Positions 41,008 to 51,023 of a stretch of DNA of 64,000 nucleotides are shown here, piece by piece. The stretch's first letter is position 1. Every line of letters starts with the position of its first letter. The DNA is from an uncultured Acidobacteriota bacterium (lineage in GTDB: Bacteria > Acidobacteriota > Terriglobia > UBA7540), in contig CAWDSK010000005.1 of assembly GCA_963804995.1 (NCBI GenBank), forward strand, positions 1 through 64,000, given 5' to 3'. Both the position numbers and the translations under genes were made by a program. The notes below the pieces were generated by a model. That model made no database searches and was not told the DNA's origin. It saw only the letters and a list, made by a program, of their open reading frames with translations.

Positions 41008-42258
41008 TCACTCCAGCCGAATCCGGTTAAAGGCATCCCAAGCCGACATATCGGAAAGGATGACTTTGTCGCCGGGCTGCAAGCCGCTCAGAATTTCGAC
41101 CGCATTCACCGAAGCGTGGCCCAGCTTTACCTGCACGCGGCTCGCGACCTTGCCACCCTCCTCGAGCCGGAAGATACCCACCGTGCTGTTAGGCTGGCCA
41201 AACGCCGGGCGCCCCACGTAGACGACGTCGGCAAGATTTTCAAGTTCGATGGTGCCTTCCACGCTCAAGTCGGGCCGCGCGCCCTTGGGCAGCGCGTCAT
41301 CCAGGTGGACGTCCACGGTCACCGTTCCGTTCTGCACCGCGGGGTCAACCCGCATCACGTGACCGGCGATAATGCCGTTGCGCGTATCGATGGAAGCCGG
41401 CTGGTTGGCTTGCACATCCTTGGCTTGCGTCTCCGGAATCTTGAGCTGCGCCTTGAGCTTGGTGGGCTGGGCGACCTTGGCGAGAGGCGCTCCGGCGGCG
41501 ACGCGCTGGCCGACTTCGACTTCCAACTCCTGGAGCACCCCGTCGGCGCCGGCACGCACGTGCAGCGCATTCAGTTGGCTCTTCTTCAGTTCAGCCAGGG
41601 CGCGCAACTGCTCAACCCGCGCCTGTTGCGCCTCAAGCTGAGCCTGGACCGAAGCCGCGCTCACGGCGAGGCGTTGCTTCTCAATGTCGTTGCGCGTCGC
41701 CAACGCTTCCACCTTGGCGCGTGTCACCTTAGCATTCAGCTCCGCGCCCAATCCCAACTTGGCCAACTCCGCATCCTTCTCCGCGTTCAGTTGGGCTTCG
41801 GTGTAGTCGGATTGCACGGTCGCCGCGGAGGCTTTCTGATCCAGAAGCTGGCTCGCCAGTTGCGCCTTCAGGCTCTTGTACTGCTCCTCGGCGGCCTTCA
41901 GTTGCCAGTCGGCGTCGAGGGCGGCCTGCTCAAGTTCCGGGTTGCTCAGCTCAAAGATCAGCGTGTCGGCTGTGACCGGGGTGCCGGGGAGAATGAACCG
42001 GCGGGCTACCCGCCCGTCGGTGACGGCGGGAATCCAAAGAATCTCCTCCGGGACGAGGCTACCGAGACCCCGCACCTGCAAAAGCATCGGGCCGCGCTTT
42101 ACCACGTCAACCCACACCGGGCTTTCCACAATCGGAGCAGCAGGCTTCAGGCGCGACAGACCGTACGTCACCGAGCCAATTACCAGCAGCCCGCCCAGCA
42201 GGTAAACCATCCGGCGGATGCGCCGGGCACGGATAGCGGATTCACGAGGAATATCCAT
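41008..42258 (-). CDS. Efflux periplasmic adaptor / membrane fusion protein (HlyD family)
   Basis: TM anchor, VKRGPMLLQVRGLG, long coiled coil, VEILSGLQPGDKVI; probable start MDIPRE. Confidence 0.9.
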   Translation of the reverse strand: MDIPRESAIRARRIRRMVYLLGGLLVIGSVTYGLSRLKPAAPIVESPVWVDVVKRGPMLLQVRGLGSLVPEEILWIPAVTDGRVARRFILPGTPVTADTLIFELSNPELEQAALDADWQLKAAEEQYKSLKAQLASQLLDQKASAATVQSDYTEAQLNAEKDAELAKLGLGAELNAKVTRAKVEALATRNDIEKQRLAVSAASVQAQLEAQQARVEQLRALAELKKSQLNALHVRAGADGVLQELEVEVGQRVAAGAPLAKVAQPTKLKAQLKIPETQAKDVQANQPASIDTRNGIIAGHVMRVDPAVQNGTVTVDVHLDDALPKGARPDLSVEGTIELENLADVVYVGRPAFGQPNSTVGIFRLEEGGKVASRVQVKLGHASVNAVEILSGLQPGDKVILSDMSAWDAFNRIRLE

Positions 42259-42280
42259 AAGAATCTCCGCATTACAGAGG

Positions 42281-42295
42281 GCACGCCGCATGCCA
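42281..42295 (-). promoter_or_regulatory. Putative sigma-54 promoter of the efflux operon
   Basis: Minus strand TGGCAT-N6-TGC, 22 bp upstream of ATG 42258. Confidence 0.6.
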
Positions 42296-42650
42296 GCCCT
42301 TCGGCGCATCTAACTCATAGTAGTTACAGGAGTTGGAGCAGCGCGCGGAAGTTTATCCCAAGGGGGAGTGTTCGTTAATGGGATTGGACTGCCCGATACC
42401 GAACACGGCGAAAGGGCTTCTTCCAAACCAAACGGCAACCTTTGTTACGAGTGACGAGGATTTTGAGCGCGTGGGGACTGGCCTAATGACATAGGTGTTC
42501 TCAATAAAGCCGTAACTAATTGAAGCAAAGTGTGTTAGAGTTTAATTCGATGGCTCCCAATCGTTCCTTTGCTCATAAAGCGGGAAGTGAATGGCGGGCA
42601 GATTGTAACGTTCCCCAAGGCAATTCCCACATAGGTAAGGAGAGACTAAT

Positions 42651-43556
42651 ATGGCGACCGACGACTCGACGAGGCAACTTTTTGAGCACGTCCCGCCTGC
42701 CCAAGAGTCGGGGCACGGCATTAAGTTCATAGTGATTTTCCTCCTCCTCGCAGTCCTGGCCGGCGGGGAATTTTACGCGGTCAACAAGATGAACAGCACG
42801 CGCAGCGAGCTCGAGGCGCAGCAGAGCCAGTTGCGAAAAGAGTTGACGGCGGAAATCCAGGCTCAGGTTTCAGCTCGTCTAACCACCATGGAGCAGCAGA
42901 CCGCACAGCAACTGGAAGCGGTCAAGACGGAGCTTGACGAGTCCGCCAAGCGTCTGGGCTCGCAGGGCGGCGAGTTGAAGCGCGCCCGCAAGTTGGTGAC
43001 GGAAGTACAGGATCAACAGCGCAAGCAGACCGAGGACATCCAAAAGGAACTATCTGAAAAAGCCGATACGCAGCAAGTCGGCGCGCTCACCCAGGATATA
43101 TCCTCCACCAAGACCGACCTCGACACGACCAAGAAGAGCGTCAGCTCCCTGGCGGCTGACTTGGGCATGGCCCGCAGCGAACTGGGCAATCTGATTGCCC
43201 GGAACCACGACGACATCGAATACCTGCGCAAGATGGGTGAGCGTGACTACTTCGAATTCACGCTCAACAAAGGCCATCCCACCCGCGTGGCCAATGTGGG
43301 CTTGAACCTGAAGAAGACCAACCCGAAGCGCAATCGTTTTAACATCGCCATGACCGTTGACGACACAGAAATTGAGAGGAAGGACCGCACCATTAACGAG
43401 CCAGTCATCTTCTACGTCAACGGCTCGAAAAAGCCCTTGGAATTGGTCGTGAATAAGGTGGATGCCAATCAGGTGAAAGGTTATATCAGCACCCCGAAGG
43501 GTATCCCCGAGGTTGCCCGCCAGCCGCAAAGCTCAGTACAGCCTCCCGCGCCCTGA
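42651..43556 (+). CDS. Membrane-anchored coiled-coil hypothetical protein
   Basis: TM segment, coiled coil, IARNH...RKMGERDYFEF...LVVNKV...GYISTPK; AGGAG RBS. Confidence 0.8.
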   Translation: MATDDSTRQLFEHVPPAQESGHGIKFIVIFLLLAVLAGGEFYAVNKMNSTRSELEAQQSQLRKELTAEIQAQVSARLTTMEQQTAQQLEAVKTELDESAKRLGSQGGELKRARKLVTEVQDQQRKQTEDIQKELSEKADTQQVGALTQDISSTKTDLDTTKKSVSSLAADLGMARSELGNLIARNHDDIEYLRKMGERDYFEFTLNKGHPTRVANVGLNLKKTNPKRNRFNIAMTVDDTEIERKDRTINEPVIFYVNGSKKPLELVVNKVDANQVKGYISTPKGIPEVARQPQSSVQPPAP

Positions 43557-43597
43557 CTTTTCACCGGCCGTCTGGAAATCGAAACGCAAATCCTGGC

Positions 43598-44176
43598 TCA
43601 CTGCTTGTTGCCTGAGGAGGGCAACCGCTGGAGATCCTGGATGAGTGCCCAGAATACGTGGTACACCGCGTCCCGCTTCTCCACCGGACCAACTGGCACT
43701 CTCATTTCCGGCGACTCTTCAGGAGTGTTTGGCGAGGCGGCGAGTGCCTGCACGCGGTAGAGGAGCCTCGAGGCATCGCCGACGGTTAATACGACCTTGA
43801 TCGGCGCCTCCGGGTAGCTGCCAGGAGTCAGCGTGACCGGCTCTCGCGTGGGCTCGCCCAGGCGGATGGCAGTTTCGTTCATGCGAACAAATTCCAAGGT
43901 TGCAGTGGCATCAGGTTGTCCGTTCTGGCAGTCCTCGACGAGTTTCCACGGCAGCTTCGCGAGCAGGTGCTTGGGCTTGCTTTCTGTTTTCACGAACCCG
44001 TCTATCAAATAACGGTCCGGGCCAGACAGACCGCTCTTGTCAATGCAATAGGTTTGGACTTTCGCCAGATCCTGCGGCTTGGGAATTTCACCGGTTGGCT
44101 TCTTGACTTGCGATATGGCGGGAATCGCGAAGAACAGTGCAGACACCGTCACGGCAGCCTTCACGAGCGCATGCAT
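43598..44176 (-). CDS. Secreted hypothetical protein
   Basis: Signal peptide, 192 aa. Confidence 0.65.
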   Translation of the reverse strand: MHALVKAAVTVSALFFAIPAISQVKKPTGEIPKPQDLAKVQTYCIDKSGLSGPDRYLIDGFVKTESKPKHLLAKLPWKLVEDCQNGQPDATATLEFVRMNETAIRLGEPTREPVTLTPGSYPEAPIKVVLTVGDASRLLYRVQALAASPNTPEESPEMRVPVGPVEKRDAVYHVFWALIQDLQRLPSSGNKQ

Positions 44177-44425
44177 AGTGGCGCCCCCGGGATTGATGTG
44201 CGGCTCCGGCTGCGACCTAAATAATCTTAGCCGGTTCAGGTGAAGATCGCAACGCGTGGACGCTGCTTGGGACCAGACAACTTGAAAATTTCCGCTGATC
44301 GGGACCCCATGGTGGAACCGGAAAGTGTGCTATCTTACCTACATTCATAATAGGGGCCTGGAATCCGGAGCCAATAAGAAACGCCGACCTCGAGGTCGCA
44401 GGTTCGCGCGACGCTTGCCAAGGAG

Positions 44426-44983
44426 ATGCTCATGAAAATTAGCAGTCCAGTCAAGGCTGGAAGTTTATTCTGTCGTCGACGGGCAGGGAGGATTTCGCTC
44501 TGGGGGCTGGCGTTGCTCTTAGTTTCCGGAGCAATCGTAAACGGCCAGCAACCCACCGCCACGCCGGGCTCCGTTAAACACGTGCTCGGCTTCGAAAACA
44601 TCAAACCCAACGCCCAAGGCGATCTGACCGTCCAGGGTGACAAGCTGCAATTCAAGGCCAGCAAGGCCCAGGCGGAGGTGAGTATGGCTTCCGTCCAGGA
44701 TGTTTTCACGGAACAGGATTTCAAACAGGCGATTGGGGGCACCGCCGGGACGCTGGCAAAAATGGCCGTACCCTATGGGGGCGGGCGCGTGCTGAGTCTG
44801 TTCCAGGAAAAAATCGATGTGCTCACGGTGGAATACCGCGACGCCAATGGCGGGCTGCACGGCGCCATCTTCACCCTCCCCAAAGGACAGGCGCAACCGC
44901 TCAAGAAACAGCTAGTCGCGAACGGAGCGCACGCCAGCATTCCCCCGGAAGAACCAGCGCCGCCAGAGGAGAAGAAACCATGA
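44426..44983 (+). CDS. Exported hypothetical protein
   Basis: AGGAG RBS, hydrophobic signal; coupled to the next ORF by ATGA. Confidence 0.7.
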   Translation: MLMKISSPVKAGSLFCRRRAGRISLWGLALLLVSGAIVNGQQPTATPGSVKHVLGFENIKPNAQGDLTVQGDKLQFKASKAQAEVSMASVQDVFTEQDFKQAIGGTAGTLAKMAVPYGGGRVLSLFQEKIDVLTVEYRDANGGLHGAIFTLPKGQAQPLKKQLVANGAHASIPPEEPAPPEEKKP

Positions 44984-45591
44984 CCAAGCAGATTCCAAGC
45001 GGGCTCGCGATTTGTTCCCGACTTGTTTCCATCCCGCGCTCGGCCCCCACGCGGAGGGTCGCGTTATCGCTGACTGCTTTGCTCGTGGCCGTTGGCGCAG
45101 GACTTCTGGGTGGGGGACGTCTGCTGGCACGTGGCAGTTCCGCCGCGCCATCTCCTTCCGCCAGCCCGACTCCAGCGGCGGAAAAACTCACCGCCTCGGC
45201 CATTCAAATCGAACCGGTTGAAGTCGGCGATGTGCAGTTGCCTCCGGAGTTCCGCGACGCAGTCTACGAGTATGTTATCGGAGAAGTGGGCAAGACAGGG
45301 AAGTTTCAACACATTTATCGCAGTGGTGACCGCGCGGCGGGCGATGCGCCGGATCTTGTCACACTGAGGATGAAGGTGAAAGGCTTTAAGCAAGGCAGCC
45401 AAAGGACGCGTGAAGTAACCACCGTGGCCGGGGCAACTTCCGTCGAAATGGGAGTGCAAGTCACCAGCCGCGACGGCAAAGCGCTGTTGGACCGCGACGT
45501 GGAAGGCAAAGTCCGCTTCTTCGGCGGCAACTTGCGCGCCACTTACGATTTTTCCAAGAAGGTTGCGGAGATCCTCCGCCAGAGCTTCTAG
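44980..45591 (+). CDS. Exported protein, DUF4410-like
   Basis: Signal/TM segment; LRMKVKGFKQGS...AGATSVEMGVQV pattern. Confidence 0.6.
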   Translation: MTKQIPSGLAICSRLVSIPRSAPTRRVALSLTALLVAVGAGLLGGGRLLARGSSAAPSPSASPTPAAEKLTASAIQIEPVEVGDVQLPPEFRDAVYEYVIGEVGKTGKFQHIYRSGDRAAGDAPDLVTLRMKVKGFKQGSQRTREVTTVAGATSVEMGVQVTSRDGKALLDRDVEGKVRFFGGNLRATYDFSKKVAEILRQSF

Positions 45592-45709
45592 CGGCGGGTT
45601 CGGCAAAATTGTGGCGGCGCCGACCGCTGACAGCTAACAGTTCATTCCGGACCTCGTATCCCGCATCCCGGCCGCTTCGTAGTAGGATAGTGGGCGCGAG
45701 GGTCTCCGC

Positions 45710-46228
45710 ATGCTCAAGCTCATCTCATTCGGGTTGCTGCTCTGGTCTTACCTCCTGATTCAAACCAATATTTCCCAACTGCCGCGGCGCATTCCGACTC
45801 ACTTCAACGCCGCCGGAAACGTCGACGGTTGGGGAAGTCCTGACACGCTATGGACCTTGCTGGCCGCGCAGGCCTTTACCACAGCACTCTTTTTGATCGT
45901 GCCTCTCATCGGCGAACGATTTCCCGCCATGGTGAATCTTGGAACCCGCCGTTTGAGCGACTACACCGCCGCCCAGCGCGTGCGCATTCAGCCGTTGCTG
46001 CGTGACTTGGCGGCGTATCTGAGTATCGTCATGAACCTGTTTTTTGTTTTCATGCTCAACGGGATTATAGGCGCGGCAAGGCAGACCCACCCCCACCTGC
46101 CCATCGCCTGGCCGCTGGGGTTCCTGATGGGTGGCATGTTGTGCATCGTGCTTTACTACATACGGAAGACGTACCAGGTTGCAAAAGAGGTAGACCCAAA
46201 CTCGCAGGAAACCGGTGTCACTTCCTGA
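45710..46228 (+). CDS. DUF1648 membrane protein
   Basis: LPRRIPTHFNAAGNVDGWG signature; several TM segments. Confidence 0.85.
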   Translation: MLKLISFGLLLWSYLLIQTNISQLPRRIPTHFNAAGNVDGWGSPDTLWTLLAAQAFTTALFLIVPLIGERFPAMVNLGTRRLSDYTAAQRVRIQPLLRDLAAYLSIVMNLFFVFMLNGIIGAARQTHPHLPIAWPLGFLMGGMLCIVLYYIRKTYQVAKEVDPNSQETGVTS

Positions 46229-47279
46229 GTCGCTCGGCCACCGCCGCGGCGAATTCCTGGGTCGTACTCGTGCCACCCAGGTCAGGAGTGCGCACCCGCC
46301 CCTCGGACATTACGGCCCTCAGGGCGTCCCAGATGTTACGCGCAGCGGGGTCTAGCGCGCAGTGTCCTAGCAAAAGTACCGATGCCCAGATCGCCGCAAT
46401 AGGATTAGCAATCCCCCGTCCCGCGATGTCCGGAGCGCTGCCGTGCACCGGCTCAAAAATCGGCGGCCCCAGACGCTGTGTGGGATTCAAGTTGGCGCTG
46501 GCGGCAAGACCCAAGCTTCCTTGCAAAGCTCCACCGAGATCAGTGAGGATGTCAGCGAAAAGATTTGAGCCCACCACAACGTCCAGACTTTCAGGATGAG
46601 TGATCATGCGCGCCGCCAGCGCGTCCACGTGATAACTGGCAACCGTGACTTCCGGATACTCGCGCGCTACTTCCCGGACAACTTCATCCCACAGCACCAT
46701 GGTGTATTGCATGGCGTTGGATTTGGTGGCGCTCGCCAGGCGCTTGCGAGGCCGCTGGCGCGCCTGCTCGAAGGCATAACGCACCACGCGCTCCACACCC
46801 TTGCGCGTAAACACCGATTGCTGGATGGCGACTTCATCCGCGGTCCCGCGCTTGAAGCGTCCGCCTACTCCCGCGTATTCACCTTCGGTGTTCTCGCGGA
46901 TGAAGAGCATGTTGATGTCTTCCGGGCGCTTTCCACGCAAGGGCGACTCGAGTCCTGGCAGAATTTCCACGGGCCGCAGATTGACATAGAGATCAAAGCC
47001 AAACCGCATGCGCAGCAAAAGATCACGAAGCGAAATGTGGTCGGGAACCGTGGGGTGGCCAATGGCGCCCAGCAGAATAGCGTCAAACGGCCGGAGCGTT
47101 TCCAGCCCGTCTTCAGGCATCATGCGGCCATGCTTGAGATAGTATTCGCAGCCCCATTCGAAGGATTCGCAGGAAAGAGTGAAACCCTGAGCGGCGGCGT
47201 TGAGAACTTGGACGGCGGCGGGAATGACTTCCTTGCCAATCCCGTCCCCGGGAAGAAGCGCGAGGCGTAAGGTTTTCAT
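46218..47279 (-). CDS. Tartrate dehydrogenase / isocitrate-isopropylmalate dehydrogenase family
   Basis: PGDGIGKEV, RENTEGEY, SATKSN, FEPVHGSAPDIAG. Confidence 0.9.
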   Translation of the reverse strand: MKTLRLALLPGDGIGKEVIPAAVQVLNAAAQGFTLSCESFEWGCEYYLKHGRMMPEDGLETLRPFDAILLGAIGHPTVPDHISLRDLLLRMRFGFDLYVNLRPVEILPGLESPLRGKRPEDINMLFIRENTEGEYAGVGGRFKRGTADEVAIQQSVFTRKGVERVVRYAFEQARQRPRKRLASATKSNAMQYTMVLWDEVVREVAREYPEVTVASYHVDALAARMITHPESLDVVVGSNLFADILTDLGGALQGSLGLAASANLNPTQRLGPPIFEPVHGSAPDIAGRGIANPIAAIWASVLLLGHCALDPAARNIWDALRAVMSEGRVRTPDLGGTSTTQEFAAAVAERLRK

Positions 47280-47328
47280 GGCGGGTCTGATTCTACACTC
47301 GAATTACGGATCAAGGACATCTGACTCT

Positions 47329-48885
47329 TCACCGGCGCAGCTTTGCGAGATACGCATCCAACTCGCGCACGCGCAGGAGCTTCGCGAGCGCTCCCGTCAA
47401 GCCAAATCCCACCAAGCTCACAATTACCAAAACTCCCAAGGCGTGCAGCGTAGTTTGCCAACCGATCCAAACGCCCAACGTTTGGGTCAGCTTAAAACAC
47501 ACCGCAGCAGCAACGACTGAGGCGAGGGTGATCTTCAGGAAGAATCTGACCAGCTCGCCAGCCTCCTGGTTGTGGGTACGACGATTTAGCAGCCCAAAAA
47601 GCAGCAGCGTGTAGGCAATGATTCCGCAGGAACTGGCGAGTGCCAGCCCCAGATGCTGGTAGTGCCGAACCAGCAGCCAGTAGACGGGCAGATTCAGGAA
47701 GGTGAGCGCGGTTCCTACGACGGCGGGCGTTATAGTATCGCGAGCCGCATAAAAACCGCGCGCCAGGATATTCTGTGCGCCCCACGCCAACATGCCCAGG
47801 GAAAAAACGGACAAGGTCGCGGCCGTGGCTGCGAGGTCAGGCTCACTCATCTTGCTGTGGGTATAGAGCAAGTGAACCAACGGTTGATTCATGGCGATGG
47901 TCAGCGCGGAAATGGGCATGAGCAGCAGGATCATACCCTTCATCGTGGCGTTCAGAGTGTGATTCAATTCCGCCAGCTTGCCTTCCGAGTACAGTTGCGC
48001 GAGGTAAGGGAACGACGCCACTCCGATGGCCTGCCCGACCACCCCCAGCGGGACTCTCATCAGGGTCTTGGCGTAACTGAGCCAGGTGATCGAGGCAGGC
48101 ACAAGAAAGGAGCCGAACCAGCGGATAATCCAGTCGTCCGTGAACACCAGCGACAGCGCCAGCATGATGGGAATTGTCAGCTTGACGAAGAGCCGAAAAC
48201 CGGGATGGCGGACATTCAGGTTTGGGGAGAAGCGTACGCCGGCACGCCGTGCTCCATAAATTTGTAAGAGGAGATTTCCCGCCAAGGCGCCGACCAAAAC
48301 GCCCACTGCGAAGCCAGTGATTCCCAGGCGGCGCGAGAGCAGCACGCCCCCCAGAATGATTCCCAGGTTGTAGACCACGGGGGCTAGAGAGGGCACCAGA
48401 AACTGCCCCTTGGCGTACTGCACGGCGCTCAGGATACTGCCGAGGTAGAAGCAGAGCTGGGCGGGCATCATCAACCGCGTCAGGAAGATGACGCGTGCTT
48501 TCTCCGCGGGGCTGAAGCCGGGAGCGATCAGTTCCACCAACTGCGGCGCGTAGATTTCTCCCGCGATCACCACCGCCATAAGCAAGAGGCCCATGGCGCA
48601 AATCACCGTTGAGAAGACGTGCCAGCCTTCTTCCTCGCGGTCCTTGCTGACGAACTGGGCAAAGACCGGAATAAAGGTGAGGCTTAAGGAGCCGCCCGCG
48701 ACCAAATAATTCAAGAAGTCAGGAAGCGTGAAGGCGGCATAATACGCGTCGGTGACGGCGTTCGAGCCAATCTGGTGGGCAACGGTCCAGTCGCGAAGGA
48801 AGCCCAGAATGCGACTTGCCAGCACGCTGGCCATGACGATGCCGGAAGCCTGCGCGATGCGTCGCGTGACGGGGGCAGTGGTCAT
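47329..48885 (-). CDS. murJ: Lipid II flippase MurJ (MviN)
   Basis: SRILGFLRD, DAYYAAFTLPD, RGFYAARDT; multi-TM. Confidence 0.92.
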   Translation of the reverse strand: MTTAPVTRRIAQASGIVMASVLASRILGFLRDWTVAHQIGSNAVTDAYYAAFTLPDFLNYLVAGGSLSLTFIPVFAQFVSKDREEEGWHVFSTVICAMGLLLMAVVIAGEIYAPQLVELIAPGFSPAEKARVIFLTRLMMPAQLCFYLGSILSAVQYAKGQFLVPSLAPVVYNLGIILGGVLLSRRLGITGFAVGVLVGALAGNLLLQIYGARRAGVRFSPNLNVRHPGFRLFVKLTIPIMLALSLVFTDDWIIRWFGSFLVPASITWLSYAKTLMRVPLGVVGQAIGVASFPYLAQLYSEGKLAELNHTLNATMKGMILLLMPISALTIAMNQPLVHLLYTHSKMSEPDLAATAATLSVFSLGMLAWGAQNILARGFYAARDTITPAVVGTALTFLNLPVYWLLVRHYQHLGLALASSCGIIAYTLLLFGLLNRRTHNQEAGELVRFFLKITLASVVAAAVCFKLTQTLGVWIGWQTTLHALGVLVIVSLVGFGLTGALAKLLRVRELDAYLAKLRR

Positions 48886-48967
48886 TGAGGAAGATGTATC
48901 ACGTTTTGCGTGGGTTTGCCTAGGACCGACGTGGCGGTGGGGCGCACCTCAGGCCGACACGGGAGGG

Positions 48968-49456
48968 CTAATCGGGGTAGGGAAAGCGATGGTCGCACCT
49001 CATGCACCGGGCCATCCTCGGGCGCCGGAACCAACGTTCGTAGAATTTGCGCCGGGACCTGCGGATCAGCCCGCCACCACACTTTGGACAACTGTAGCGA
49101 GGTTCACTTTCTTCAGTCGTTACCGCGACGCCCACGGAGGCGTCCGTAGCGGAATCTTCCTGGGGGCTTTCCACTTCGGGAGGCCCGGAAATCGTATGGG
49201 GTGAAGGCGCTTGATAAGGCTTGGACACAACTCCTCCGGCTTCGGCAATCTTGCGGTTGTAATATTCCTGGAGCTGCTCTTGGGTCATGTCATCGGGATG
49301 CGGCCGGTTCCGGTCCACCCGCTTGAACAGGCGGCGCCGATTGCAGAATGAGCAGCGGCGTAAGTGCAAACCCATCTTCCAGAGAGTTTCGTAGATAAGC
49401 CCGTGCCGGACGGATTCAGTTTTCGTAGCTCCACATCGGGGGCAGGGAGTCGCCAT
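48968..49456 (-). CDS. Hypothetical protein with two zinc-ribbon modules
   Basis: CPRC...CSFC and CPKC...CMRC separated by an acidic/Pro linker. Confidence 0.7.
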   Translation of the reverse strand: MATPCPRCGATKTESVRHGLIYETLWKMGLHLRRCSFCNRRRLFKRVDRNRPHPDDMTQEQLQEYYNRKIAEAGGVVSKPYQAPSPHTISGPPEVESPQEDSATDASVGVAVTTEESEPRYSCPKCGGGLIRRSRRKFYERWFRRPRMARCMRCDHRFPYPD

Positions 49457-49780
49457 CGGTCTACCTTCGAACCCAATTTTGCAGCGTCATGGCTAAATCT
49501 CAAAGACCCAATCGTTCCGGTTACCGCTCTGGACGCTTAAATATGTTTCCGGGTAACGACCTTTCTGGCGAAGTGGCAGACATTGACAAGCTAACATAGG
49601 CTAATTTAATGTAACACACACAAATGCGATTGCCAACCAGCCCGCGATAAAACGATAATGCCAAAACGTTATGATATGCCCGCCGAGCTCCGGCCCTACC
49701 CGCAAGCCTTTAACACTGGTTGCCTTAAGCCTCGGGGGGGACGGTCAAGCCACATTTAATAAGTAGGAATCCCGGAGGAC

Positions 49781-50728
49781 GTGGAGATGCCAAAATTCGA
49801 CATAACAGTAGTGGGCGAACTCAACTTGGACTTGATACTTTACGGCCTGCCTGACCAACTGGTGCCGGAGCATGAAGCTTTGGCTGACCGCTTGGCCTTG
49901 ACCTTGGGCAGCTCCTCCGCAATTTTCGCTCACAACCTGGCGGTGATGGGCAGTCGTGTGGGATTTATATCACGCATCGGTGATGACCCGCTGGGGCGCA
50001 TCAGCCTGGAACGTCTTGCCGCGGGGACGGTGGATGTCTCAAAGGTTCGCACCGTCAGCGGGCCCACGACCACCGGGCTGACGGTCATCATGCCGCGCGC
50101 CCACGATCGCCTTAGCTGTACCTACGCGGGCACGATGTTTGAGATGTGTTTTGAAGATCTGGACCTCACCTACCTGGCTTCCGCCAAGCATTTCCACTTG
50201 TCTTCATTCTATCTGCATCGCGCGCTGCGTCCGCGGATTACAGAGCTTTTCCATAAGATGAAAGCCGCTGGCCTTACGACCTCCCTCGACACCAACGATG
50301 ACCCGGAGGATTGTTGGGCGCCCGATCTGCTGGAAACCTTGCGCTACGTGGACGTCTTCCTGCCTAACGAGCGCGAGATCATGAAAATCACCCGAACCGA
50401 TCATCCCCAGGCGGGGCTCGTGAAACTATCGAGCTTGGTGCCAATTGTGGTCGTGAAGCTCGGCTCCCGGGGAGCCGTAGCGCGTCGAGGGAAGACGGAA
50501 ATCACGGCCCCTCCCGTTCCGGTGGAGGTCGTTGACCCGGTGGGCGCGGGTGATAGCTTCGATGCCGGATTCATCCACCAGTACGTCAAAGGCGCTGACC
50601 TTGCCGCCTGCCTTCGTTACGGAAATCTTGCCGGCGCGTGCTCCACCACCATGCCCGGCGGCACGGAAGCTTTCCGCGACCGCTCGCATTTCCAGAAGTT
50701 TTTCAATGAGCACGCGGCGAAAGCGTAG
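49781..50728 (+). CDS. PfkB family carbohydrate kinase
   Basis: PNERE, VKLGSRGA, DPVGAGDSFDAGF. Confidence 0.93.
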   Translation: MEMPKFDITVVGELNLDLILYGLPDQLVPEHEALADRLALTLGSSSAIFAHNLAVMGSRVGFISRIGDDPLGRISLERLAAGTVDVSKVRTVSGPTTTGLTVIMPRAHDRLSCTYAGTMFEMCFEDLDLTYLASAKHFHLSSFYLHRALRPRITELFHKMKAAGLTTSLDTNDDPEDCWAPDLLETLRYVDVFLPNEREIMKITRTDHPQAGLVKLSSLVPIVVVKLGSRGAVARRGKTEITAPPVPVEVVDPVGAGDSFDAGFIHQYVKGADLAACLRYGNLAGACSTTMPGGTEAFRDRSHFQKFFNEHAAKA

Positions 50729-51023
50729 GCCCTGTATTCGGGATTTCGGGGGTGCGGTAAATGTAGCGCAGACCTCCGCTGTTGAGGTCTGCGGTTCTTC
50801 GTGCGTCATGGGAGCGGATGTATCGTGGCGAAGCAGCCGCCCGTGTTTACATGCTGCGGGTTTTCCAAAAGAAGAACCGCCACCGCGCCAAAATCACGAA
50901 TGACCCCTCACCCGTCCCGCCCCGGCTGATGAAAACGCCGGCGGCGGTCCACCCTCTTCCGCCACGGCGGATCTGCGACCCCTCGGAGAGGGCCGTTACT
51001 CAATGTCTGGTGCCGCATCACCG

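Noticed and set aside
37949..42378. Long plus-strand ORFs (873 aa and 593 aa)
   Set aside because: Antisense shadows of the GC-rich permease and membrane fusion protein genes.
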